From assembly GCF_009914755.1 (NCBI RefSeq), contig NC_060929.1: DNA of 64,000 bases; one strand, written 5' to 3'. Shown piece after piece: positions 1-14,706 of the stretch. The notes below the pieces were generated by a model. The model was given only the letters and a program-made list of their open reading frames with translations, searched no databases and had not been told where the DNA came from. The stretch comes from the human T2T-CHM13v2.0 reference genome, Homo sapiens. How positions within the stretch are numbered: position 1 is the stretch's first letter; each line of letters starts with the position of its first letter. The position numbers and the translations under genes are program-made.

Positions 1-6
1 TTTTGA

Positions 7-313
<307 letters not shown>

Positions 314-1816
314 TCAAACTAATACAACTTTTAGAAGTATCTTCTACATCTAAACCATCTTTGCGGTTTCTCAGAAAACTTCCGGTGACACTAAAGATTT
401 TTCTTCTTCACTTTATGAGAAAAGGGATCCTAGAAATAATTGGCTATGTTCAGCATTTCGTAGATTTTTATTTGGTTTAATACTATGTTGAGAGCTGTCC
501 TGTTCATCAAGAATCCAATACAAAAAGACCTGCCAAGACATGAAAAAATGAAAAGCTCAACCACCACTTAATTATGATGAGTAAAATATGAGCATTATGA
601 TTATGCTTCAGCAGTGATGACCTTTTCATTGTGGAGAGAGGCACACTCTCCTTCATGTTAAAGAATGGCACAATAATGGTCAACAATTTTTTAAAAGAAG
701 ATCCCATTTCCACATTTAAAATAGCCTTTTCAGTTGGTGGTAATCCAAACACACATTGGATGGAATAAATTAAAAGGCCATGGAGATTGTTCTGTGCCCT
801 CACCACTCTCATGGCCGTCACTGACTAATTCTTTATGAAACTAAACTGGCCTCAATTTGGATATTAGTGGTTATAATGAGTAAACAACCAGACCTATTCA
901 GCCTTAGCACCAACAGGTGGTTTCTGATTTTTTGTCACACGATCCTAAATACCCCTGCCAAAACCATGCGTCAGTATTGATGGCTGCTGGAAGAAACATC
1001 ACAACAGCTCGATTAAAGGACTCTAACAAGTTCTTTCGACACTTCATAGAATAGAAAATTGGATCTTAGTTACACGCATCCCTATATCAGCTGATATCAC
1101 CACCACATATGAAGACTACCAAGGGACTGAGTCAGGAGTTCCAGAACTTGTTTGCACTGGAGGCAGAAAACTTTGAGAAAGTGGAGTGCCTACTAATCCA
1201 AGATCAACAAAACAAGGATTAATTACCTCAACAAAATGATACAAATTTCGCTGTGATTACTGTTCTGATTTGAATCGGGCATGTTATAGAAGCCTTCTGT
1301 CTATTTCCTCTGTCTCCAGTGCTTGATCTAACAGGTTATGCTTATAAAGACTAGAATAAAACATTCCTTAAATGGTATCTTCTAATTAATCCTTCAAAAC
1401 TCATTTTTAAAATCCTTTAAAAATTTTAAAACAGATGATGATAATAAATTATCAGGAAAAGCTAATAACTATAATAGTCCTGCAAATATCATGACATATA
1501 TTGATTGGTCTGAAACTATACAACAACTGAAAGCAATAGTTACATTATTATTTAACTATTATTATTACTAATCTGGGTGTTTTTCTTTAGCCATAGGCCT
1601 TCATATTTACCTAGAATCTGTCCTCCTTCCTACCAGAATGTAATTGAGTAAATCAAATCTGTGATAATGACCATGCCAGAGATGTTACATTTAAAGGGAA
1701 ATATAATGTAATTAGACATGACAAGCTCATTTAAAATGAGTGCATTTCATATGTGGGGTTAATGCCTACACCATCCTCCCAGGACACTGGCTTGGTTCAT
1801 GTTGTGTAGCTTAGGG

Positions 1817-2161
1817 CAGGGGTCCCCAAGCCCTGGGCCATGGAACAATACTGGTCCATGGCCTGTTAGGAACCAGGCCACACAGCAGGAGGTGAGCAGC
1901 AGGTGAGCGAGAATTACAGCCTGAGCTTCGCCTTCTGTCAGATCAGTGGTGTCATTAGATTCTTACAGGAGTGTGAGCCCTATTGTGAACAATGCATGTG
2001 AAGGAGCTAGGTTGCACACGCCTTATGAGAATCTAATTAATGCCAGATGATCTGAGGTGGACACTTTCATCCTGAAACCATCTTCCCCACCGACCTCAGT
2101 CCATGGAAAAATGGTCTTCCATGAAACTGGTCCCTGCTGCCACAAAGGTTGGGGAACGTTG
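1817..2161 (+). mobile_element. MER1B hAT-Charlie DNA transposon fossil
   Basis: caggggtcccc...ggcctgttaggaacc...gatctgaggtgg...ggttggggaacgttg. Perfect 8-bp TSD gcttaggg at 1809-1816 and 2162-2169. Confidence 0.9.
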
Positions 2162-2696
2162 GCTTAGGGAATCCCAACCCTACAGGCAGTATGGCCAGGA
2201 GCACTGAAAACTTGGAGCTCAGAGAGATGGAATAATCTTTGAGACCTAGGTAGTGGATGTGAAACCTGGAAGAGGTGAACTTTGAATCTGAAAGTTCTGG
2301 ATTACTGATTTCAGCAATCCAGAATCAAATATTTCTGCCACAGATATAAAAGTGACCACAAAACAAAAGTTAACCCTCAAGATTTAACATCATATAGCTC
2401 TCATTTTTATAACCATGCTAAGGGGTCTTTGTGAATGAATCAACACTGCTTGCTATACCTATGTCTATACAGCTGGTTCAATAAGACAACATATCAAATT
2501 AATGATCACAAATAGGAAAACTGCTAACCAAACACCTGTGGTTAAATCTATTTTAGGGGCAGAATGTCAGCATTATAACTGTAAAGGCAAACCAGTACCC
2601 AGCTCTGCACCTGTCATGGCAGCGTGCACATCATGTGCTTGTCACAGTCCTCATTCAGGGAAACAGGACAAAGCCAAGCTCAGGGAAACAATCCCA

Positions 2697-2735
2697 AAGC
2701 AAGCAAGCAAGCAAGCAAGCAAACAAACAAACAAA
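2697..2735 (+). repeat. (GCAA)n/(ACAA)n microsatellite
   Basis: aagcaagcaagcaagcaagcaagcaaacaaacaaacaaaa. Confidence 0.85.
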
Positions 2736-3391
2736 ACACACAATCGCCTTTCTACTGTAGTCCCAAATAATGAATCTTTGACCCATTTCCTAACAGTTGC
2801 AGACTCCCCAATCAACATCATCTCTGACATTGGCAATACCAATCTGTGACAATGTGATTACCTTGTGAGAAAACTGCTGTTTGCCCAGCATGACCTGACT
2901 AAATGTAACCTTACAAACCAAGGTAATTTTGTACTTAGTTTTAAATGTAGACGGCTGGTCTTAATTCTGGCTCCCCTGCAACAATCCATAAGAAAACCCC
3001 TTTCTCATCTTGATGCTTTTTCTTTCTGTCTTCCTTTCACACAGTGGACGATGGCTGTGGCAACACCAACCCTCTGGATTGATCATACCAGTCCCCTTTT
3101 CCCAGAAAGGGACCTGTTCATCTCCACATCTGCCCCTTTGCTCTTGCTAGATTCAAATAAATATTTCAAGAGATGCCTTGATTTTTTTAAAAAATGAATC
3201 TTCTTTTATAATCTGCCTGTTGTTTTAATTGATTAGAGATTTATTCAAATAGAAAAAGAGAGAGAGAAGGAATATTAAGAAGAGACCAGCTGGAGCCAGG
3301 GGATCAAATAGTTGCAATGGGCAGAGGATAAGACAAATTCTAGAAGGTACACTAAAGTTCCTTATGTTTTTTTCTAATAACCATTATTTTA

Positions 3392-4022
<631 letters not shown>

Positions 4023-5429
4023 TTACAGGTTTATGGCATACGGTATGCATTTCTTTCAAGAGTTGTTATACTCAAATAAATAACCTATTCCATCTGTTTG
4101 GAAGACAAAAGGAATTGTATGTTTCAGCACCTTGTCTCATCCAGGGGAATTCACTGAATTAGATTCTGAGAAATTCTCACACTGTTGAAGTGTGAAGAAC
4201 TAAGAAAATGAGTAGAACTGTGGGCAAGAAGGTGGCTGAGATATGCATATTTAACTAGTATAAGAATGGTTCTAAAAATAAAAATGGCAGTTAATTAACA
4301 AGAGATTTGCTGAAGTTCCTTTTTGAACTAGAAATAAATTGATTTTTGAGAAATACTGAAAATGAGGCAAGCAACTAATATGATACATTTTAACAGGATT
4401 TAAATAATTTGATTAACTATTAAGCATGATAACCATAAAAATAATTATCTCAATTCATTGACTAATTTTAGCAGAAAGGAATGATGAAAATTTAAACTTA
4501 CTGATTCTAGCTTCAGGAGAGAAACCTATGAAGGGTGTTTTATTTTTAGGTCAAGATTGCTATCTAGCAAAGACCCAAGAACTCTCCTAAGATGAAAATT
4601 TCAGAAGACAATTGTCTGTCTGAGACAGATGAGATCAGTGTTTCTCTGAAGAAAAGTTTGTTTTCAGGAATAGAGTCTGAAATTAGTCCTCCAACCTAAG
4701 CGACATTGGAATAGCAGTAATTCATTGATTACTGCAATGGCTTAATGATTAATTATACAATCACATTCCCTCATTCTTGCTTTTCCAAATTGATTTACAC
4801 CTCTGCCAAAATAAAAATCAGACCCAATTAAGGATATGGAGAGAGGGAATCATCTGTTGGTTTTCTTCATATGCTGTTACTCATAGATGACATTATGTAG
4901 TGTTCTAACTTTTTTAAGAACATTCATATTCATTATTTCCATTTGTGTCTTACATTACCCTAGGGATATAAAAATGGCAGGTATAATTTCCAATTTATCT
5001 AGAAGACAAATAGAAGTTAAATGGTATGGGAAAGGTCACAGAGCTGTCTCCTGAGCTTTGGTGACCATAAGTCTCTTAGGCAGAAGCTCTTTTCTCCAGC
5101 CTAACCTTCCTGACTCCTTCCTCTGAGCTCTTTTCACAGGGATAGACTGCCTTTACCACCTGTGTGACACCTTCCCTGTCATGCATTTATTCAGCCAGTC
5201 ATTCCAAAAACATTCATTGAAGTTGCATCTAGTTTGCTGATGTATATAATTTATCCTTCTATCATATAAACTGAGGATAGGATGATAGCTAACAAACCTA
5301 TGTCTACTGATAATAAACAAATTGCATGAGGCTTTTGACCACACAAGGTAAGAAGGTACAACAGCACTTTGATCACTGAAAATTGCATTCATATTTATCC
5401 TGTTGCAGTTGTTATTTACTTCTATGCAG

Positions 5430-5646
5430 GTCTGGGGAATACTAGTTTTAAAAGGTGCTATGTTATAAATAGGGTTTCACTGCAACATAAATGCAGGAAA
5501 TACTGTACTTGATACTCATCTCAGAGATTTATAATGTATTAGCAAATTTACTTTGAATTAGCAAAGTAAAGGCTCTGAGCAGACCAACAGACACAATGAA
5601 GCCAACTGTTCAACTTTGTTTAAGCACAGGTTTTGCCAAACTTATC
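5430..5646. mobile_element. MER103-like hAT DNA transposon fossil
   Basis: taaaggctctgag...tgttcaactttgtttaagcacaggttttgccaaacttat resembles the recalled MER103C consensus. Confidence 0.55.
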
Positions 5647-5694
5647 AGAATAGAGAAACTTATGAGAATAGAGAAACTTATCAGAATAGAGAAA
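5638..5694 (+). repeat. 18-bp tandem repeat x3 (aaacttatSagaatagag)
   Basis: Three consecutive copies with one C/G difference in the middle copy. Confidence 0.92.
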
Positions 5695-8577
5695 GCAGTC
5701 TTGGGCATGGCATCCATTCCATTTCCAGAGAAGTGGGGGTCTGAGGACTCAGTCTGGGGCCCTGCTGCTACTGTTCTTGTTCCTTTGATTAAGTTTTCAT
5801 GTCACCAAGTGCACACAGATCTTTACACCACAGAAGCTGTAATTTCACAACTTAAATTAATGTTGATGAAAACTAGAACTAAAAGAAAAACTCTTACTAT
5901 GAAAAAGGGATGGTCAGAGAAGACGTATGTTAGTCTGTTTTTAGTGTTGGCTGATAGGAGCAGCTCACCCCAATACACTTTATTCCTAAATGCATCTGTC
6001 TTGTTCTTATGTTATACACGCACACCTTGTTCACAGAGGACTTCGTAAACTAGAGAGATATGTGGCATTAAAGAAGGATATGTAATTATTTGCTTAAAAT
6101 TTCATCTTCCTTATTAACCAATGAGATGTTTATGGATGAATTCCAAGATGGTTCTCAAACAGAGGAAGTTCACTGTACGAAACTCATGTAATTTTGTTGC
6201 CCAAGTCAATTTTTGTCCTGGGACTTACCAGCCAAGCCAAGTGCTGGTTTCCACATGGCAATTCTACTTCTAATGTAAATTATAGAATTGAGCTTTGGAT
6301 ACCGGGAAGTCTTTGGTGGCTTTAGGTCACTGGTTCACCAGGGTCTGATTTGGCTTATAAAAAACCTGTACATCTAGGATTTCCTCCAGAGCTGAAATAG
6401 ACCCAAGAAGGCAGCAAGCCTGGTGTGGCTTGGGGTGGTTGGACCATCACTTCATCTCTTTTCCTAACACATATAATGGGGCCCTAATTTCATGCCAGGT
6501 GCCTGAACTTTTCCAGATCTTACAAAAGCCTTGTCCCCCTTATGTTTAGGAGGTAATCTTCTTTCTTAGATGCAAGATAGTTTAGATGGTTCTTACCAAC
6601 AAAAGAGATAGTATCCTTTCTCAAAAAATACTTCCAATCACTTGTCTTCACTTCGAGATTGGTCTTTAATAGTGTTAGCTTATAAAATTTTTTATATCTA
6701 GGTCAGAGCTTATTTTTTTTTTTTTAGGATAAAGGAATTGGGCCTCTTTTGTATTTTTATAGTACACAGAATTTCTATTTCAAGAGAAATAACATGAGAA
6801 CCCAAAGATACTTAAATGTATTTTAGTAAAATTGGTTTGTGCTTTAGATATTTCTCCAAGTGTCCTAGCTAGTGAAAACACTATTCCTATGAACTGTAAG
6901 AATGTCTCAGGCTATATAATATTGACTGTATGTTTGTTAGTTAACCACAGTAGACATTTTTAATGAAACTGTTAGCATTATTATTACTCTACCCAGGATT
7001 CCAGCATTCATATTGTAGGCTTATGTCGTATGCATAAAACATACAGGATTTACATGTGATGAGTTTAAAACTTTGGTAGTTGTATTTGCGCTATACTAAA
7101 AAAAATCAGTAACTGTATGTTGTAATTGTATGAACTGTTCACAAGTAGATAGGTAGAAAAAACATAAGGTATGATGAAATGAATAAAAAGAGACCAAGTA
7201 GATATAAAAACAGAAGCAAAAAATGAGCTTAGAAGACCAAAAATGGACCAAAGTTTATTTTAACTAATTTCACTCAATTAAAATGACTTATTGTTATATC
7301 TGAGCCAAGTGATGACCCACTTTTTACAAGCAATATTAATATGGTAAAATTTCAGGAAAAGAAAAGAAGCTGCAGTGCTGTGGCAATTTCTTTATTGAGA
7401 TGGGATTTCACTTGTAGCAAAGGAGAAAGATTTGATGAGTAAAAGAGATTGCATGGAAGATTAAAAAAGCAGGAAAATACTAGACACAGAGCTTCTGTAA
7501 ATCACTTGGCTCAAACCTCAGGAAAGTGTTCAGTGTTTGAGTTTTCTCTTCTGAAATTGCAATTTTTGGAAAAGTTTAAGTATCTATTTGTCTCCCTCAC
7601 TAGGGAGCCCAGGCAGGGGATAGAGGCTGTCATTCACACTTGGCTGAGAGTAACTGGCCCACAGGCACAGGCCCTGCATCTTCCAGCAGGTTGTACAGCG
7701 GGGTAGCAGCCTCTGCCCGGCAGGACTCTGATGGTCCTGCCTGTCTGCTCTCATTCTGCAATGAGGTACCGTGACAGGAGGTCCTTTCCCTTGGTAAGAA
7801 TGACTTCCTAGCAGTGTCACCTTCTGAAATGCAGACACCAAACATGCCCTGCACACTGCCCTGCCACTCTGTCAAGCCCGTTTGGCATGATCTGACAGAC
7901 GACAGGGAGGTGAGTGATCATCTGCTAGGATTGCAGGAGCCTACACATTGGTAGACAAGTAGCTTAACTATTATTACACAGTGACTATGGTCAGCCTCAT
8001 CAAACCAAACCAAACCATGCAAATCCATACATCCATCCAGCAAAAATAGAGGTCTTCATATTATAGAACGATATTTTCTATGTACATTTCATAATCCGAT
8101 ATAAGCAGTCCCTCCTACCCTATTTTCAAAGTGAGTAGAAACAACACATGCTTGCAAAAAAAAAAAATACATATATATATATATATATAAATGGGTTGTT
8201 GGCTTCTTTTTAAGTCTGAAGATTCAGTGATGTTTGTTTGGTTTTACAAAATTCCATTAGTTAAACAGAGCTTATGCAGCATCTGTTTTCCTTCCAGTGT
8301 CACATTGCTAAGGTCAAGTTCAGGTGAGCATGTGCCTGAATACAGATCCAGGAGCAGAGTGGTGGACAGGGACAGGGAAAGATGGTGGTGCTCAAAGGAA
8401 ACTGTCACTGGAGACTACAGCACAGGATCAGCTGGTGGTTCTGCTATTCCTCATGTGAGTCAGGCCAGAGCAGAGCTGGAGAAAAATGTAGGACTTCAGG
8501 GGTTTCAGGGTAGTGCCCCCTTGGGCCACCACTGGGGACCCTGAGGGCCCCTGAAAATGGTACTTCTTTCTTTTCCT

Positions 8578-9456
8578 TTCCATTAGTTTCCTGTGACTGC
8601 TTCAGTGGATTATTACAAACAGGGTGACATAAAAAATCAGAAATGTATCCCTCACAGTTCTGGAAGTCACAAGTCTGAAATCAAGGTATCAGCAGACAGG
8701 GCCATGCTCCCGCCTAAGGCTCTAGGGGAGGCCTGGCATTTATTCTGGTGGCTCCTGACATTTACTGGATTGGGGCTGTGTCTTAGTCCATTTGTACTGC
8801 TATAAAAGAATACCTGAGACTGGGTAATTCGTAAAGAAAATAAGTTTATTTGGATCATGGTTCTGCAGGCTGTACATAAAGCATGGTGCCAGCATCTGCT
8901 TTTGGTAAGGGCTTCAGAAAGCTTCCACCCACAGCAGAAGGTGAAGGGAAGCCAGTGTGTGCAGAGATCATACGGGGAGAGAAGGATGCAAGAGGGAGGG
9001 GGGGAAGGTGCCAGGCTCTGTTTATAACAATCAGATCTTGCAATATCGAACAGAGTGATACTCACTCATTAAGGCACCAAGCCATTACTGAGGGATCTGT
9101 CCCTGTGACCCACATACCTCCCACAAGGCCCCATCTCCAACACTGGGGACTGCATTCTAGCATGAGATTTTGAGGGGACAAACATCCAAACCAAATCAGG
9201 CTGCATCGCTCCCATCTCTGCCTCCACCCTCACATGGCCTTCTCCTCTGCGTCTGTGTCATCTCCTCTTGTGTCTCTTACAAGGACACTTAGCTTTGGAT
9301 TTATAGCCCACTTGGATAATCTAGGATGATCTCATCTCAAGACCCTTAACTTAATTGTATCTGCAAATACTCTTTTTCCAAATAAGGTCACACTCACAGA
9401 TTCTGGGGACTTAGACTTGGACAGATTTTTGGGGGGCCACCATCTCACCCACTACA
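8578..9456 (-). mobile_element. MLT1C-like MaLR solo LTR, split by an MST insertion
   Basis: ttagtttcct...cacagttctggaag...aagtctgaaatcaagg on the left; ccaaataaggtcacac...cccactaca on the right. Confidence 0.8.
8779..9198 (-). mobile_element. MSTB-like MaLR solo LTR nested in MLT1C
   Basis: tgtcttagtccatttg...aaacatccaaaccaaatca with 5-bp TSD ggctg at 8774-8778 and 9199-9203. Confidence 0.88.
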
Positions 9457-9694
9457 CTTTCCTTATCTCCTCTCCCATCCCTCCTTTATCTTAAAGAATG
9501 TTCCCTTCCCTTCTCTGTCCTCTCTTCCTGTCTTCCACTGATAAGTTGGAGACTCAGGACCTTCCTCCTTGGTGGTTTTAACCAGAAATATTAAGTGGCT
9601 GGTCCCCTGTCTGTGCTGCAGGGCAGGGTGGCTGCTGGCTCAGCAGCTGTTGGGGCTACTTGGTGTGGGATGGGGTGGAAACGGGTATGCTGCC

Positions 9695-10142
9695 GGTTCT
9701 GGGTTGAATTGTTACCCCCTCACCAAAATTCTTATGTTGATATCCTAACCCCCAGTCCCTCAGAATGCGGCCTTATGTAGCAACAGGGTCATTGCTGATG
9801 TAATTAGTTAAGAGGTCATACTGGAGTGGGGTGGGCTCCTAATCCAATATGACAGAGATCCTTACAGAAAGGGGAAATTTGGATCCAGAGATAGATGCAC
9901 ACAAGGAAAGCACCATGTGAAGATGAAGCAGAGATTGAGGCGATGCTTCTACAAGCCAAGGAACGCCATCTATTGACAGCAAATCAGCAGAAGCGAGGGC
10001 GGCAGCCTAGGACAGATTGTCCCTCACAGCCTTCCAAGGCAATCGACCCTGTGACACGCTAATCTGAAACTTCCTGCCTCCAGCACATTTAACCCATGCA
10101 GTTAGGGGCACTTTGTTATAGGAACCCTATTAAACCAACACA
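9695..10142 (+). mobile_element. MLT1B-like MaLR solo LTR
   Basis: gggttgaattg...ctaatccaatatgac...ctttgttatagg...aaaccaacaca. TSD ctgcc/ctgct. Confidence 0.82.
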
Positions 10143-10449
10143 CTGCTTGACTTTTGGGTTTAGGTACGTTTCAGAGCTGCTACTTTGAAGAAGAGACCAC
10201 AAAGAACAGTTCTATTTTGCTTTATTTGACAAATAATCATGTCTCATCAGTCATATGGAATCCCACGGAATTTGCCATTTCACTTTTAACGCTGTCTGAA
10301 ATCTCATTGAATGATATCTCAACTTGGTATTTAAGACCAAATAAGCAAAAGCAAATAAATAAAATAAATAAAAATGATGCTTCAGTTAATCACATTGGCT
10401 GCCATCATCACTGTCACTACCACTGGATTCTGTTTTGTCCAAATCTGTT

Positions 10450-10492
10450 AAAACAAAACAAAACAAAACAAAACAAACAACAACAAAAAAAC
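10450..10492 (+). repeat. (CAAAA)n simple repeat
   Basis: aaaacaaaacaaaacaaaacaaaacaaacaacaacaaaaaa. Confidence 0.8.
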
Positions 10493-11569
10493 AGGCTTCA
10501 AGCTCCCTGGAGTTAACAAAGCACAGAGCCAGCACTGACGAAATGGCAAGCTCAAGACCAATTTCTCTAGAAAGTCCTTGACAGCCACAGAAAGCCCATG
10601 CGTTTTCATGGGCATAATCACCAACATTATTGGGGACAGAAAATAAAGTTTAAAATTCTGTCATCAGTGACTCTTCTCAGCAGAGCCTCCTCATGAATTT
10701 CCGGAGGGTTAATGAGCTGAGTTTCATGACCGTGAGTGCCTCTGTGAAAGCCATGCTTCTCTCAGAGAGATGAGTGTGCACACAGGCTCTTCATCTTGGA
10801 AATGAAAGATTACTTGCACATGGCACTCCGGCTGCTTCAGAAAGCAGGGAAAGCTGCCAGTACACACCTCTGCCTGTCCAGGAGGATGATGTCACAGGAA
10901 GCGGGACTGGGCAACTGGTTCTACAGGAACGCAGGGACCCAATCACATCACATACAGTTCCCCACCAACAGCGATGGCAAAAATGCCTTTTGTATTGTTT
11001 TCCCACGTAAAAGGCATTGTTTTGGGGTCTGAGTTTAAACCAAAGAGACACAATTATCCACCAAGGGGTGTGCTGGCTAGGGAAGGGACGGAGAGAGGGA
11101 CAGGATATGTGTATATTTAGGGGTATAAAGAGTATGGCTCCATGTCTACATACACACAGATGCACAGATACATGCATACATATGTGCCGTGACTTTCGTT
11201 TATCAGCAGGTCAATAAAAACATAGAAAGATCAGTGTATTCCATTGCTTGCTGCTCTGGTATAGGTCCAGCGTCACCCTAATAAATACAAATCACATACT
11301 TCAATCCTAGCAGAAGTAGGCTGGGGGCACAAGACTGTGAGTGCCATTTTTTCTGTTGACCATGTCATGTCGCTAGCTCCCTCTTGCTTACCAGGTAAAA
11401 TACCAGCTCTTGGGACTGGCCAACAGGACCCCTGCAGGGCTGGGGAGCTGCTGTGTTCCTAGCAGGTGACCCTGCTTGTAATTTTGTAAATATGCTCCAG
11501 GAGATGGGACTCTCAGGTTTAAGTCCTGTTGTTTTCGCTTCCTGCATTGTTTGCTCCTTTGTCTGGTTA

Positions 11570-11830
11570 ACTTCAACTTCTCCGGGCTCAATTCAGGGGT
11601 TCCACCATTTAGGGAGGCTTTCCTAAATCGCTCCTCCCAAAGCTGCTTCTGCTGGCCGCTTCACCATCCCCAAATCCTGGCATTCCTCTAGCACAGCACA
11701 AGGGTCCATTCACTTCAGTACCCTCCTTGAGGCAAGGAAATACAGGCTCTTTATCACCTGAGCTCCCAGAACCTGGAACTGGCCTGGATCAAGGTCCATG
11801 TTCTACAAACACTGCCCTGAATGAAGTGTC
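11570..11830 (+). mobile_element. L2 3' fragment
   Basis: agggaggctttcct...ccttgaggcaagga...cccagaacctgg...tgaatgaa, diverged L2 3'-end pattern. Confidence 0.5.
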
Positions 11831-12481
11831 ATCCAATCTCTGCATCTACTTAGCCATGAACAAATAAAACAGGACCCCACCCAAACCAAACCATGGCAAA
11901 CAGTCAGGTATCCCAAGGTAGTTTCTAAGACTGAAGCATAAGCTATTCCCTGAGTGAGGGTAGCTGCCTTCAGAGATTTACATGATCTCAAATATTAGTC
12001 CTAAATTTAATGTGATATTGTTTTATTTCCCCATAAAAATCTTGCATGCATATATTTTTAGGTACTGCATTTAGTTGCCTGGGAAACAGCAGGGTCTGTG
12101 CAGAGAGAAGGAAATGTTTCAGAGAGCGTTAGCCACAGAAGAGTTTCTGGAATATTCTCTAATGGTGCAACCATCCACCCCATGGATGCATAACTTAAAC
12201 AGTTGAGCCATGTAACATCCCTGCCCCACACTGCCCCTGTGTTGAGCTGACAGGTAGAGTCATCTATGGCAACTCAAGCACAGATTTGTAGAGGGTCACA
12301 GCAGTGCTATATCCAGCTAGTGTCATTTGGCTGGATTGCATACTAGACTTGTGATTTTCACATATGTGTAGACATAATCTATGCCTACTGAAAAAGATTG
12401 GAAGGAATAGTTCTTTTGGAGAAAGACAGAATTTGCCAGGTTTCCAGGTCTCCTTGAGAGACGTCTGTACAAGATCTGGAG

Positions 12482-12702
12482 CCGGGTTCCTCCAGCTTGG
12501 CACTGTTGATATTTTGGGCTGGACCATGCTGTGTTGTGAGGCTGTCCCATAGCCTGCAGGACAGACAGCAGCAGCTCTGGCCTCCACCCACTAGGTGCCA
12601 GTAGCACCCTCCCATCCACACCAGTTGTGACAACAAAAAATGTTTTCTGATATTGCTAAATATCTCCTGGGGGACAAAATTGCCCCATGTTGAAAGCTAT
12701 TG
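12482..12702 (-). mobile_element. MER20 hAT-Charlie fossil
   Basis: ggcactgttgatattttgggctgg...cagttgtgacaacaaaaaatgt...gggggacaaaattgcccc. TSD atctggag/ctctagag (NTCTAGAN type). Confidence 0.88.
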
Positions 12703-14191
12703 CTCTAGAGATTCCGAGGTAAGACGAGGTCACTGCTGGAAATGGGGGAAGGTAAGTCACCTTCTGAAAGTCAAGGGATGGGCATTTCAAGGAGCTAAAG
12801 GGAGGATCCTTTTTGCTAAAGCCTCCTGATATCTATTCCATACTTCTCACCTGCCTCAATAACCTCCTAAGCTCCTGGAACGTCATGCCTCATGGGCTTT
12901 TGGAGGCTTTTGTGTGATTAGAGGGGAGGACAAGGGTGTGATTTGGTAAAACTGACATAATACAAATTGCTTGTCAAATTTCCTCTCACTTGTCTGTGGA
13001 GTGCAATAGTAGGAACATTTGCACAGAGAAAAATAAATGTCTAAACATGCATTGGCACAGACAGTACACTAACTTTCAACCTAATGAAAGAAACCTAATG
13101 AATGAAAATGTAAGGCTTGCCAAATGTGTTATGATAACTCTCCAGTGCCAAGGAAATATCACCCTCCCCACGGATACCCTGGCAAGCCTGCGAGTTTACC
13201 CCAGTCAGCAGGTGCACCAACCATCTCCCCTGCATTGTAGGTGAGTGTATCTATCCCTCATTACAAGGCTTCTTGAAATTCCTTCTGAACTTTCTTTCTG
13301 GAAATGCTATCCATTATCCAGGCACCCAAACCCACCCCTTTGTGCATGGAATGTGTCCAATAAATAACTGGGTTTCATACCACTTGTGCAAAAGCAACAT
13401 AAAAAGTGCTTTTTCCTTAAGGGGAAATATCTCACCATTTATACCTCCTGGGAGTTAGTAGTTTCATTTAAATACTAACTTTGTAAGCCACAAGCAATTC
13501 GCTGTCTTAGTGGAGGGAAATACTCTTCTGTCCATGTTGCTACATACAGACTACTGTTAACAAATAAGAATGGAGATATTTCCAGTGCCAGGCTCATAGT
13601 AGTGCCCAACCAATTTCAGTGAAGGAGTCTAGCAAGTTGAACAAAGTGCTACTTCAATAATCTATTCCTGAAAACTTGTTTTTAATGTGGTTTAGAGGAT
13701 ACAATTGTGCATGTATATTTTAGCCTATGGAATTTTAACTGGATGCTCTTTCTTCTTCCCTTTCTACCAATTTCTGGTAGATTTCTTTCTACTTTCAAGC
13801 CATGTTCTTTTTCCACCCAGGTCTATTGGTCCCTAGGCCTTGAGACCCAGAGTCAATAACACCTTCCCTACAAGAAACACACCCAGAAGTGTCCACCACC
13901 TCAGGTCCCAGTGAAAAGAGGTCCAAGGAGATACTAAGCTACGTTCAATGTTTCCCTTTGGTTAACTGCCTGCTTCTTACATTTCCACAATGATTTCCTT
14001 TACAATTTGTATCTACTGCTACAAATGGCTTATAGATGTAGTACCAGAAGGAGAAAAACTAATAATAGATAATTTTCTCAAAATTACCTGGCTATATTTA
14101 GTTTCATGACAATTAACTAAAAACTAATTTAAAATAAAGTATAATTTGGAACCAGAGCTCTATTACGTTATAACTCTCACATATGTCCCCA

Positions 14192-14706
14192 TGGAGAGAC
14201 TGAATATGCAAATGGACAATGGTCAGACAATGCATAAAAACAGAACTTTGACCCACAACCTGAGCATCCTGCCCAGGAAACCAACTCCTTACCTGTAATA
14301 AGCAACTCAGGAAGCAAGCCTGCTATTAGTTTCACAGAAAGACAGATTGCCATCTCTATTCAGAACTTGTGCAACATTTGGCCCCAGATGGCCAGGACGT
14401 GATTCATAAATGAAAGCTTCCCTAGTTTTTGTCTCTGCTTCCAACTGAGGACCAACCAGAGAAGGCCAGGCATACACCCCAACCAATCACCAGGGGTGCT
14501 CCACTTCTGGTTGGCTCATAACATCTCCGTGCTATCAGCTTCCAATTAGGGCACAACTGAAGCTTCCCTTTTCTCCACTATAATATTTACCACTCTTCTG
14601 CCTTTAAGTCTCTGCCAAAACACAAGTGATAATGGCCAGCCCCCTTGCTATAGGAAGCTCAGAATAGACAGCCTTTGCTTTTCTCCTTTGGTTGTTTATT
14701 TCCACA
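14192..14706 (+). mobile_element. ERV1 solo LTR, MER67-like
   Basis: aaaaacagaactttgacccacaacctg...aggaccaaccagaga...gtctctgccaaaac...ttatttccaca, with TG...CA ends. Confidence 0.65.

Noticed and set aside
1811-1816. TTAGGG hexamers as interstitial telomeric sequence
   Set aside because: They are single copies forming part of MER1B TSDs, not tandem arrays.
4120-4140. tcagcacc half-site of a REST/NRSE motif
   Set aside because: The ggacag right half-site is absent at canonical spacing.
5596-6048. 150-aa ORF with a KLIRIE repeat
   Set aside because: The repeat is a by-product of an 18-bp DNA triplication at a transposon edge; the ORF is antisense to the host gene with no homology.
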